Both the position numbers and the translations under genes were made by a program. Below are positions 18,834 to 27,852 of a stretch of 64,000 bases of DNA, piece by piece (the first letter of the stretch is position 1; each line of letters begins with the position of its first letter). Source of the DNA: Candidatus Heimdallarchaeota archaeon (GTDB taxonomy: Archaea; Asgardarchaeota; Heimdallarchaeia; JABLTI01). The stretch is from positions 1 through 64,000 of the forward strand of contig JAHLVW010000015.1 in assembly GCA_019058275.1 (NCBI GenBank). The letters run 5' to 3'. The notes beneath the pieces were generated by a model. That model was not told the origin of the DNA. It worked only from the letters and a program-made list of their open reading frames with translations, and made no database searches.

Positions 18834-18887
18834 AATCTAAAAAACTCTCATGCCACTAAATGGTATATAGAGAAATCTTTTTAGATT
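18834..18887 (+). other. predicted long hairpin in leader of 18930 gene
   Basis: Nested pairings aatctaaaaa/tttttagatt, ctct/agag and atgcca/tggtat. Confidence 0.4.
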
Positions 18888-18929
18888 AGAATAAATATGA
18901 AGGGGTCATTAAAAGAGGACGATGAATAA

Positions 18930-19343
18930 TTGAAGGGCATAATAACAGCTTCAAAACTAGTCTCATCTCCAAAAGAGATAGCTTTTCCGGATTTAGTAAT
19001 GACTGACCTCGAAGGATTTGATGGAGACAGTGGAAAAATCTTGATAGTTTATGCTTCAAATGTGAAAGCAATCTACTTCTTTTCAGTTGAATCAGAAGTT
19101 ATCAAAATTGGCATTAAAATATATCCATTAACCTCCCGTATTGTAGCTAAAATAATGGCAAAAATTAACGAGTTTGCAAATAAAATAACCTATTCAACAG
19201 GTTTATGTTTAGTTGATGATGTTTGTATATGGGAAGGCTTTCTAGAGGCTCGTCATCTCACTCGCTCAATGGAAGAAGTTAAGAGTCTTTTAAAGGAAAT
19301 TGAAGAAGTTCAAGAAGTAAATATTGAAGAAGTTCCTCATTAA
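18930..19343 (+). CDS. hypothetical protein, ACT-like C-terminal domain (paralog of 24747..25205)
   Basis: YSTGLCLVDDVCIWEGFL motif shared with the 24747 ORF. Confidence 0.7.
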   Translation: MKGIITASKLVSSPKEIAFPDLVMTDLEGFDGDSGKILIVYASNVKAIYFFSVESEVIKIGIKIYPLTSRIVAKIMAKINEFANKITYSTGLCLVDDVCIWEGFLEARHLTRSMEEVKSLLKEIEEVQEVNIEEVPH

Positions 19344-19472
19344 TTGAGGTTTTCTTTTAATTTTCTCATTTTATCTTTAGCTTTCTAGATTATTCTAGTG
19401 AGCTATGTTTACAAAGAATTTTTAAGAGTTTAATTTGATTTTTACTAAATTAACTTTTAAAGGGAACACATC

Positions 19473-20447
19473 ATGAATAAAACCATTAAAGATATTGGAG
19501 AAAGAGCATTACTTGATATGTTTGAAAAACTAGTTGATAGTGGTGATCTTCCTTTTAATGATGATGCAGTTGCCTTTTCAATAGACGATAAGCGTTCTCT
19601 GGTTGTCAATATTGACACTTTCGTTGCAAAGACAGATGCTCCGCCACAAATGACTCCTTACCAAATGGGTAGCAAATCTGTAACTATGGCTATAAGCGAT
19701 TTAGTAGCGAAAGGAATCCAACCTTTGCATGTTGTTGCTTCTGGAGCATTTCCTGAGAATTTTACAGTAGAACAAACTTTAGACCTTGTAAAGGGCATTA
19801 AGGAAACTACACACAGCTATAATGCAAAATTCCTTGGTGGGGATACTAATGCAGCTGATGATATTATTATATCAGTTGTAGCTTTAGGTTTAGGTCAACG
19901 AGAGAACCTGATTTTGCGTTCTGGTGGTCAAAAAGGAGATCTTATTTGTACTACAGGAAAATTTGGTTTAACTGGTGCAGGTTTTAAAGTATTTCTAGAA
20001 GATTTTTCAGCAACAAAGAAGCAAAAGGAAAAGTTCAGAGAAGCAATCTATTCCCCAAAGGCACGATTAAATGAAGGATTAATTTTTTCTAATTTTGGTA
20101 AGATAACCAGCTGCATTGATAGTAGTGATGGTTTAGCATGGTGTTTGAATGAGCTTTTAAGAAATAAAGAAAAATTGGGTATTGTGATTAATGAGCTGCC
20201 AATTGACCTCCTGGTTATTGATTTTGCTAGTGATAACAAATTAAAGGCAGAAGAATTAGCATTATTTGGAGGAGAGGAATTTGAATTGGTGTTTTCTTTA
20301 AAACCTGAAAATCTAATTTCATTAAAAAAAGAAATGGAAGTTCACAAAATAGGCAAGTTTACAGCAGAGCATAAAGGAAAAATAATGTACAAATTCGATG
20401 ATGTTTTTAAAGAAATCACACCGAAAGGTTGGGAGCATTTCACCTAA
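19473..20447 (+). CDS. thiL: thiamine-monophosphate kinase
   Basis: IGER, NDDAV, ISDLVAKG, GGDTN, IDSSDGL, GGEEFEL and GWEHF. Confidence 0.93.
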   Translation: MNKTIKDIGERALLDMFEKLVDSGDLPFNDDAVAFSIDDKRSLVVNIDTFVAKTDAPPQMTPYQMGSKSVTMAISDLVAKGIQPLHVVASGAFPENFTVEQTLDLVKGIKETTHSYNAKFLGGDTNAADDIIISVVALGLGQRENLILRSGGQKGDLICTTGKFGLTGAGFKVFLEDFSATKKQKEKFREAIYSPKARLNEGLIFSNFGKITSCIDSSDGLAWCLNELLRNKEKLGIVINELPIDLLVIDFASDNKLKAEELALFGGEEFELVFSLKPENLISLKKEMEVHKIGKFTAEHKGKIMYKFDDVFKEITPKGWEHFT

Positions 20448-20508
20448 GATTTTTTATTTACTTTAATGAATGGGAAAATTAAAAATAGGGTATTAATACT
20501 CCAAGCTT

Positions 20509-21843
20509 ATGCTTGAGCTTGCAATTTCTATGCTAAAGGATTATCATCTTTGCGATCATTGTCTTGGGAGACAAGTGGCACTAGTTGGTTATGGGTTATC
20601 AAATAATGAAAGGGGAAAGATTCTAAAAGATGCACTAGTATTGGAGCTCTTTGAAAAAGCAAAACAAGATAAAGAAGCAGCTATGATTTTACAAAATATT
20701 GCTGAAATGGGAAATATTCTAGCGAAGAACTCTTTTGAGAAAATACTAGACAAAAGTAGCAAGCATTCATTAGCTGATGGTAGAAGCTGCCATTTATGCC
20801 AAGGATTATTTGTAAGATTGGATGATATTGTAAAACGAATTGTTGCAAAATTAGAAAATGAAGATTACCAAAGCTTCTTAGTTGGTGCTAAATTCGCACC
20901 TGAAGTTATAGAAAGAGAAGATGATTTGAGAGCAAAATACAAGATTACTACTGGTGAGAGTATCAAATCGGAATTTACTCGAGAAATAGGAAAAAAAATT
21001 ATGATCTTAACGGAAAAGGAACCAGATTTTCATTTGCCTGATATTACGATAGTTATAGATTTGGTTAGTCAAAAAACAATCCTTCAGAAAAGATCACTCT
21101 ATCTTTATGGTCGTTACAATAAATTCATCAGAACAATTCCTCAGACAAGGTGGCCATGTTATGATTGTAAAGGCATAGGATGTATAAAGTGCGATTTTAC
21201 TGGAAAAAGATATCAAGTAAGCATTGAAGAATTAATTGCTGAACCTATCCTTAAAATCACAGGTGGAATTGGTTCAAAATTCCATGGTGCAGGGAGAGAA
21301 GATATTAATGCACTAATGTTAGGAAATGGTCGTCCTTTTGTTTTGGAAATACAAGAGCCCAAAATAAGATCAATTAATCTAAAAAAAGTAGAAAAAATAG
21401 TAAATAGAAAAACGAGAGGAAAGGTCAAAATCTCAGGTCTATCTTTTTCCAATAAACGAAAGGTACAAGAAATAAAGAGTCTAGCTAAAAAAACTCGTAA
21501 AACCTATAGAGCTCTAGTAGAGCTGGATGAAACTGTTTCAGATGAACAATTAAGTCAGCTTGAAAAAGAATTTAGAGCGAAGAAAATCAAGCAACAAACA
21601 CCAAGAAGAGTTCTTCATAGAAGAGCTGATCTTGAAAGACCCAAAACTGTTCATGAAGTGTCTGTAAAAAGAATAAAAGAAATGGAAATTGAAGCTGAAA
21701 TCCTAGGAGAAGGGGGATTATATATTAAAGAATTAATTTCTGGTGATGATGGAAGAACTATACCTAGTTTTGCAAGCATTTTAGGTTGTAAGGCAAATTG
21801 CAAAAAGCTAGATGTTATTTATTTACATCATACAGATGATTAA
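20509..21843 (+). CDS. pus10: tRNA pseudouridine(54/55) synthase Pus10
   Basis: LCDHCLGRQ, GRYNK..R.IPQTRW, HGAGRED, QQTP.RVLHRRAD and GGLYIKELISGDDGRT. Confidence 0.95.
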   Translation: MLELAISMLKDYHLCDHCLGRQVALVGYGLSNNERGKILKDALVLELFEKAKQDKEAAMILQNIAEMGNILAKNSFEKILDKSSKHSLADGRSCHLCQGLFVRLDDIVKRIVAKLENEDYQSFLVGAKFAPEVIEREDDLRAKYKITTGESIKSEFTREIGKKIMILTEKEPDFHLPDITIVIDLVSQKTILQKRSLYLYGRYNKFIRTIPQTRWPCYDCKGIGCIKCDFTGKRYQVSIEELIAEPILKITGGIGSKFHGAGREDINALMLGNGRPFVLEIQEPKIRSINLKKVEKIVNRKTRGKVKISGLSFSNKRKVQEIKSLAKKTRKTYRALVELDETVSDEQLSQLEKEFRAKKIKQQTPRRVLHRRADLERPKTVHEVSVKRIKEMEIEAEILGEGGLYIKELISGDDGRTIPSFASILGCKANCKKLDVIYLHHTDD

Positions 21844-21858
21844 AAACCAATTACTCTT

Positions 21859-22281
21859 TTACTCTAACCAGTTTTCCATATAACTAGAATAGAGGTTATC
21901 CTCAACCTTTACTTCTTCAAAACTATCCGTTAAATCAGCTATCTCTCTTGCTAGTAAATGATAACATGAAGGAGCTTCTCTTCGTAAAAGAGCAGTAAAA
22001 AGAAAATCCTTGCAAGAACAAAATGAATTTTCTATAACAATATAGTCCTTTTCATGACCTGAAACAACCCATCTTTCAACACCAGATGGCGTAAATGAAA
22101 ATTTCATAATACCTTTTGAAGCCACAAGTTCCAAAGCTTTCTGGACACGATCTCCAAATAGATCTTCTAAGCGTGTGAGGTCAGCAGGAGTTAATCGCTT
22201 ATCCTTTTTCATTTTTGATATTATTATTGGGAATACCTCAAATGATTTTGGTGAATTTGTAACCTTATCAGATTGATTCAA
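21859..22281 (-). CDS. SWIM zinc-finger protein (SWS1/ZSWIM7-like)
   Basis: FCSCKDF..SCYHLLA SWIM motif, preceded by LFGDR..KALELV..PSG..WVVSG. Confidence 0.8.
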   Translation of the reverse strand: MNQSDKVTNSPKSFEVFPIIISKMKKDKRLTPADLTRLEDLFGDRVQKALELVASKGIMKFSFTPSGVERWVVSGHEKDYIVIENSFCSCKDFLFTALLRREAPSCYHLLAREIADLTDSFEEVKVEDNLYSSYMENWLE

Positions 22282-22347
22282 GTGTGATTAATCTCCTGAA
22301 AGATAGGTAAGCTAATTACCTAATAAACTAATCTTCTTTCATTTGGT

Positions 22348-23172
22348 TTATTTTTTCTCAGATTTCTGTATGGCAATAGCCTTTTCTAATGATAGTTTTC
22401 CAGCTGCAACCTTTTGTGCTAAGTCTCTTGAAATAGTAACATCTCCTCTAGAATACTGTCTAGAAAGAACTTGAATTTCCTTAAGTTCTCCTTCTGATGT
22501 TTTCCAAGTTTCAGGTGATTTAACACTTTCTCCTAAACGAAAAGCAATTTCCATAGCTGCTGTAGCATCTTTTCCAGCAGATATTTTTAAACCGTTTTGC
22601 AGGCGCTTAGTTATACCCTCTTTAGCATCTTGACAACTAGCAGGAGTAGTTTGCAATTCATTTACTATCTCTAAATCAACACTTTTTGGTTTTACATTTA
22701 GTAGCTCATTTAAAATTAGAACTCGTCTGTAACCACCAGTTGAACCTACTCTTATGATTGTCATTTTTGCAGGAGTGTTCTTGATCGAAGCAAGAACAAA
22801 ATCTATTACTTCTTTAATATCTCGAGTCTCAAAGGCAGTTCTTAAACAACCATCAGTTATTATAGCAACACCTATTGTTAATCCAGGGTCAATACCAACT
22901 ATCAATGACTCCCAGATTTTTTTCCCTTCTATACCCAATACTATTTTTGAATAGGCTCGATTTATAGTAAGTGTATCACTTTTTGTTAAAACAACTAATT
23001 TTGAATAATTGTGCTTTTCAATCAGTTCTTCTTCTGTTGTAACAACTAAAATTGAACCCTTAGAAGGGAGTTCGCCAAGGATAATCTGTTCGACACTAAA
23101 TCCATCCTCAGTTAATCTCTCTCTTAATAAGTGACAAAGACGGAAGTTCATGGTTGCTAGAGATATTAACAT
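22348..23172 (-). CDS. hypothetical protein with RNase H-like (DUF460/YqgF-like) domain
   Basis: LIVGIDPGLTIGVAII first strands, IVNELQTT and KDATAAMEIA. Confidence 0.65.
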   Translation of the reverse strand: MLISLATMNFRLCHLLRERLTEDGFSVEQIILGELPSKGSILVVTTEEELIEKHNYSKLVVLTKSDTLTINRAYSKIVLGIEGKKIWESLIVGIDPGLTIGVAIITDGCLRTAFETRDIKEVIDFVLASIKNTPAKMTIIRVGSTGGYRRVLILNELLNVKPKSVDLEIVNELQTTPASCQDAKEGITKRLQNGLKISAGKDATAAMEIAFRLGESVKSPETWKTSEGELKEIQVLSRQYSRGDVTISRDLAQKVAAGKLSLEKAIAIQKSEKK

Positions 23173-23356
23173 GGGAATCTCCTTTAATTATCATGTAGCT
23201 AAATTATATTTTAAAATTCTGTTTTTATTTTTCAATTGAAATCCCAAGGAAAATCAATAAAATTTGCTTCATGTATCAAGATTTTCTAAAAAAATAAATA
23301 TACAAAGAAGTTATTTCTTCCTAAGCAGAGCATTATATACAAGATGGAATGATAAC

Positions 23357-24046
23357 ATGACAAAAATTACTTACCCCTTAATATTAGTGAATTTCAAGAC
23401 CTACCTAAAAGGAACTGAAAAGAAGGCTTTGGAGCTTGCGAAAATCTGTGAAAAAGTTATGAATGAAACTGATATTTGTATTGCAGCAGCTATTCAAGCA
23501 GCAGATCTAAGATTGATTGCTGAAAGTGTGGAAATTCCTATCTTTTCTCAACATATAGATCCGATAACACCAGGAAGTAACACTGGACACATTTTGGTAG
23601 AAACCATAAAAGAAACTGGAGCTATTGGGACTTTAATAAACCACAATGAAAGAAAAATTAAGCTTGTAAGCATAGACAAAATTATTCAGCTTGCAAAAAA
23701 TTATGGTCTATTTACTTGTGTCTGTGCTAGTAATCCTCGAATAGCAGGTGCCATTGCTGCTTTAGAACCTGATTGTTGTGCAACTGAACCTCCAGAACTT
23801 ATAGGATCTGGTATATCAGTAAGCACAGCTAAACCTGAAGTAATTACTGAAACCGTTGATATAATGAAGAAAATCAACCCAAATGTTGTTCCTCTTTGCG
23901 GAGCAGGAATTACGAGTAGTGTTGATGTTGAAAAGGCTTTAGAACTGGGTACAAGAGGAATATTATTAGCTTCAGGTGTTGTAAAATCATCCAATCCTGA
24001 AAAAGTTCTAATGGAAATGGCAATTATCTCCAAGAAATTTCTGTAA
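23357..24046 (+). CDS. tpiA: triosephosphate isomerase (archaeal type)
   Basis: VNFKTY, QHID, TLINHNE, EPPELIGSG and LLASG; start set to ATG 23357. Confidence 0.95.
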   Translation: MTKITYPLILVNFKTYLKGTEKKALELAKICEKVMNETDICIAAAIQAADLRLIAESVEIPIFSQHIDPITPGSNTGHILVETIKETGAIGTLINHNERKIKLVSIDKIIQLAKNYGLFTCVCASNPRIAGAIAALEPDCCATEPPELIGSGISVSTAKPEVITETVDIMKKINPNVVPLCGAGITSSVDVEKALELGTRGILLASGVVKSSNPEKVLMEMAIISKKFL

Positions 24047-24219
24047 AGATTTTTTCTAAAAAATATGATAATAGGAAAATGTCTATATAGAAGTAAAAGA
24101 AAGTAAGGGAAAATTAAGGAAAAACACTGATGAAATTAAAGAGAACAACAAAGCAAATATATGGATAATATTTGACTTTATGTATTCCTTTAATAAATTA
24201 GAGCTAGGGAGAATTTCAA

Positions 24220-24726
24220 TTGCCAGAAGAAATTACTGTAAAAGTTCCAAATAAGCTTGCTGAATTTATTGATAAATTAACAGAACAGGGTTACTTTGAT
24301 TCTAGAAATGATTTTGCCAGATGCTCTATGGAAATAATTGCACAATTATACGGCTTAGCAAAAACATCAAAAGGTGGCAAATCCTTATTGGATATTCTAT
24401 CTGACAATGGTAAAGTATCCGGCACAAGTAAAGACGTTAAAAAAGTATCAACATTACCTAAAGGACCTTCACCAACAGCAATTGTTGTAAAAGCTGAAGC
24501 TCTAAATGTTCAAGAATATGATATAATTGATCTCTTTACTGGTGGTACTTTTGAGTATGAGGATGCTTTACATGCCAAATATACCATGGAATTGATGAAA
24601 CAAGCAAAAGCTCCATTACCAAAAAATCAATTCATAAAACTACTTGAAGGATTAGTAGCTAAAGGGAAACTCGAACGAAGAGAGCATAGCAGTAAAGTAA
24701 TTTGGAAAATTATTGACAGATACTAA
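24220..24726 (+). CDS. ribbon-helix-helix (CopG-like) protein with C-terminal winged-helix-like domain
   Basis: EITVKVP..LAEFIDKL..QGYFDSRNDFAR is an RHH pattern; C-terminal LEGLVAKGKLERRE..VIWKI. Confidence 0.65.
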   Translation: MPEEITVKVPNKLAEFIDKLTEQGYFDSRNDFARCSMEIIAQLYGLAKTSKGGKSLLDILSDNGKVSGTSKDVKKVSTLPKGPSPTAIVVKAEALNVQEYDIIDLFTGGTFEYEDALHAKYTMELMKQAKAPLPKNQFIKLLEGLVAKGKLERREHSSKVIWKIIDRY

Positions 24727-24746
24727 TTGCTATTATGAAATCAACA

Positions 24747-25205
24747 TTAGGTTATTTCAAGTATAGAAATATCTACACTTGTTATTCCTTCAACTGAGAG
24801 GATTTCTTTCTTTAATTCCTCAATTTCTATAGTCTCAAATTCCATTGAATCTATATATCCATCAAAAACACATTTATCTTCTACAAAACATAAGCCAGTT
24901 GAATAAAGTGCTTTCAATCCTAGTTTCAAAAATAAATTGCCAATCTTTCTCAGAAAATCTGGCGTAAGTCTACCAATATCAATAGCTACTTTATACACTT
25001 TATTTGAAGAAGTAGGAATTATTCGAATAATTTTAGTATTAGGTGTAAGAATAATTATCGCATAATTACTTGCTTCTGGTTTTAATGCTTCTATAAACTC
25101 TTTTGATAATTTCACAGATTGTTTAGGTTCTAGTTTTAGCAGTTCTGCTATAGTTATTTTAGCAATCTCATCCTGTTTCTTATTCATTGGCTTAACCTCG
25201 CTCAT
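24747..25205 (-). CDS. hypothetical protein, ACT-like C-terminal domain (paralog of 18930..19343)
   Basis: YSTGLCFVEDKCVFDGYI; LKKEILSVEGITSVDI is an ACT-like ending. Confidence 0.7.
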   Translation of the reverse strand: MSEVKPMNKKQDEIAKITIAELLKLEPKQSVKLSKEFIEALKPEASNYAIIILTPNTKIIRIIPTSSNKVYKVAIDIGRLTPDFLRKIGNLFLKLGLKALYSTGLCFVEDKCVFDGYIDSMEFETIEIEELKKEILSVEGITSVDISILEIT

Positions 25206-25287
25206 AAAATTTTAAACTAAAACATAGGTAACATTCATATGTTTACACTATTAAAGATTGAAATATCTACTAATTAAATTCTTCCTT

Positions 25288-26256
25288 CTAAATAATGCTT
25301 TTAATGATTTTTGGAGCACTTGCCACTTTAAAATTATAGAATTCCCAATTTTTACTTGATAAGAATTTAGCAATCTCTTCAGCATATTCATCTAAAGTAG
25401 CTATAGTTACTAAATTACCACCGCCAATCAAGAAATAAGCTTCCAGTTTTCTTTCACGCATTTTTTCAACATCTTCACATAAGTACATCATTTCTTGTTT
25501 TCTTACTGGTAAATTAACTTCTTCAAGAAGTTCATGAGCATTACGAATGTTTTCTTCAGCTACTTTTAGTAGTGAAATATAATCCTTGTTTTTCAGTGAA
25601 GTTAGTATTTTATCCACCCATTCAGGAATTTTATTCACCCTTTCTTGAAAATTAGGGTTTGTAACTATTCCTGAATGTATCTCATCTGCAGAGATTCTGG
25701 ATTTATAGTAAAAAGGTACAGAAAACAATCTGATTTTTTCTAAATCCTTTTCTGATGCTAGTTGAGCAACGGTTGGGGGTTTTGTGCTTGCTTTTGTTAA
25801 TGTTAAACCACCATAAAGACTTCTACCAGCACTTTCAGAACCTTTCATTGAATGTTTTAAAAGATCAGTTTTCGTAAAATTCAATTCAAATACATCATTT
25901 AATGCTGTGAAGACTGCTGCAAGACCTGAATCTGAACTTCCACTAAACATCCTATAATTATTAGATTTTATAGTAATATTTGCAGAGATGTTATTTTGAC
26001 TCAAAAATGAGCGAATTGCTTTGATAATCTGCTGACCACGTAAACCACTAATCTTTTTACCATTGATGGAAAATTTAACATCTATATCATTAGCTGATTT
26101 CGAAACTTCTACAGTAGTTTCTGTTCTGGTTTCCTCATCAGAACTTGTTACAGCCAAACCCATTGTATCATATAATGGAGTGCGATCAGGATTTATACCA
26201 CCTAGAAAAATTATTGGAATTGTTGGATAAGCAACTGCAACAGACTTTTTTTTCAT
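25288..26256 (-). CDS. mevalonate 3-kinase-like GHMP protein (DMD family, Thermoplasma type)
   Basis: AYPTIPIIFLGG..RTPL, SGSSDSG, SESAGRSLYGGLT and GGGN motifs. Confidence 0.75.
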   Translation of the reverse strand: MKKKSVAVAYPTIPIIFLGGINPDRTPLYDTMGLAVTSSDEETRTETTVEVSKSANDIDVKFSINGKKISGLRGQQIIKAIRSFLSQNNISANITIKSNNYRMFSGSSDSGLAAVFTALNDVFELNFTKTDLLKHSMKGSESAGRSLYGGLTLTKASTKPPTVAQLASEKDLEKIRLFSVPFYYKSRISADEIHSGIVTNPNFQERVNKIPEWVDKILTSLKNKDYISLLKVAEENIRNAHELLEEVNLPVRKQEMMYLCEDVEKMRERKLEAYFLIGGGNLVTIATLDEYAEEIAKFLSSKNWEFYNFKVASAPKIIKSII

Positions 26257-26270
26257 TTTAAAACACCATT

Positions 26271-27113
26271 TTAAATTGTAATATCCTTCAGTTTGTTTAG
26301 TTCCTCGATTCGTAGCAGGATATAATCTAGTGTTTCTTCAAAGCCTTCCGAAAGTCCATTCATATTGACTATTTTGAAATCACTCTGAGAACATTTGGAT
26401 AGAAAATACTCCTGAATTTCAAAATATTTACTTATCTGGGGTAGTAATCTATCAACTGGACTTCTGATATGGGAATATTTTGAACGTTGTTTAATGCGTT
26501 CTCTATATACATCCTCATCATTTATTTGAAGAAGTATTGGGATTACACTTGGATGCTTTAAAAATTCTGATGAAAACTGCTTAGGTAAGAAATGCAAATA
26601 TTCAATAATCATGCTTTCTCCATCCCTCAAACCTCTATCAAAAACCATACGCTCAACAGCTTGATTCATTATTTTTGCTTGGGTTTCAAACCCTTTAGTC
26701 AGATTTTCTTTAGTATAATCACCGAAATATTTCCAAGTATTATAGACACTTTCATGGAAAATTTCGTTTTCATCTCTAGTAATGATGGATCGCAAAGAAG
26801 AACGTAACGCATCTCCACCAATTACTATTCCAATATTTAATGCTGTTGAGAGTTCTTTTGCTAAAGTAGTTTTTCCAACTCCAGGTATACCTGCAATTAT
26901 CGGAATTATTGGTAATTTTTGAAGTCCATCTTTTACTAATGTCTTATATTCAGAGAAGATTAAATATCGTTTCAAGTACTTGAGATGTACTTCTTTTAAA
27001 GAATCTTGAATGTTTTTATCAGATTTAGATTTTGTTAAAATTTTACTTATTGTCTTTAATGGTAAACCTGTAGCAAGCAAATTGGATTCATTAGTCAGAT
27101 AAATCATAGTCAA
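26271..27113 (-). CDS. 2-phosphoglycerate kinase family P-loop kinase (mevalonate-3-phosphate 5-kinase-like)
   Basis: IAGIPGVGKTT, IVIGGDALR, HESVY, GESMIIEYLHFLP and EIQEYF; adjacent to the M3K-like gene. Confidence 0.75.
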   Translation of the reverse strand: MTMIYLTNESNLLATGLPLKTISKILTKSKSDKNIQDSLKEVHLKYLKRYLIFSEYKTLVKDGLQKLPIIPIIAGIPGVGKTTLAKELSTALNIGIVIGGDALRSSLRSIITRDENEIFHESVYNTWKYFGDYTKENLTKGFETQAKIMNQAVERMVFDRGLRDGESMIIEYLHFLPKQFSSEFLKHPSVIPILLQINDEDVYRERIKQRSKYSHIRSPVDRLLPQISKYFEIQEYFLSKCSQSDFKIVNMNGLSEGFEETLDYILLRIEELNKLKDITI

Positions 27114-27337
27114 ACCAGCTAATTTCTTTTTTCATAATACAATTAAGTAATTATATCTTCCCTTAATCTAAAATTTTCGTAAGAATCAATTAAATAATAT
27201 AGGTTTGTACAAAAATACTAAATAACAAACTGCTTATTTTCATCGAAAAAGAAAGATTTTTAATAGTAAAACTTTGCAAAAATGACATAGATTAATAATA
27301 ATTGTTTTTTACAAACAAATTGTAGGAATGAAAGAAA

Positions 27338-27781
27338 ATGTCTATACAAGAAGTAACACAAGCAGAAATTAGAAAATTCAAATACATGGGCTTATCATTT
27401 GATGAACTACAAGCCCTTTCAATGGATGAATTTATCAAACTATTACCTTCAAGGAAAAGAAGGAGCTTAACTCGTCCTTCTTATTGGACAGCTAAACGAA
27501 AGAAATTGCTTGAGGATATTCGTAAACAAATTAGAATGATTAAAGATGGCAATAAGAGGATTAAAACAGTAAAAACTCATCTAAGAGATATGATTATTTT
27601 ACCCGAAATGATTCATGCTAGAATAGGGGTTCATAATGGTAAGGATTTTGTAGAATTTATTATCCATCCAGATCAAGTAGGTCATATTTTTGGTGAATTT
27701 GCTTTAACAACAAAGCTCGTTAAGCATGGTTCTCCTGGAATGGGTGCAACAAAATCAAGTCTTTATATTCCGCTTAAATAA
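27338..27781 (+). CDS. rps19p: 30S ribosomal protein uS19 (S19P/eukaryotic S15)
   Basis: KTHLRDMIILPEM, VHNGKDF, GEFALT and HGSPGMGATKSS. Confidence 0.97.
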   Translation: MSIQEVTQAEIRKFKYMGLSFDELQALSMDEFIKLLPSRKRRSLTRPSYWTAKRKKLLEDIRKQIRMIKDGNKRIKTVKTHLRDMIILPEMIHARIGVHNGKDFVEFIIHPDQVGHIFGEFALTTKLVKHGSPGMGATKSSLYIPLK

Positions 27782-27785
27782 GCTA

Positions 27786-27825
27786 TTTTTTTAGGGGATT
27801 AATATCCCCAAAATTACTTTTCTTC
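27786..27825 (+). terminator. T tract plus GC hairpin after rps19p
   Basis: ggggat-taat-atcccc (27794-27809) flanked by T runs. Confidence 0.45.
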
Positions 27826-27852
27826 TATATTGTTATTCCATTAACCTTATTA

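Noticed and set aside
18706-19472. TPP riboswitch near thiI-like/thiL
   Set aside because: The conserved CTGAGA core was not found
23264-23356. Apparent N-terminal extensions of TpiA (also uS2 28384-28545 and Ndk 35748-35774)
   Set aside because: Artefacts of longest-ORF calling; family homology (and, for uS2 and Ndk, an SD motif) points to downstream starts
27091-27135. Possible frameshift at the 5' end of the M3P5K-like gene (upstream ATG MKKEISWFDYDLSD*)
   Set aside because: In-frame TTG/ATG starts are available; the shift cannot be supported without homologs
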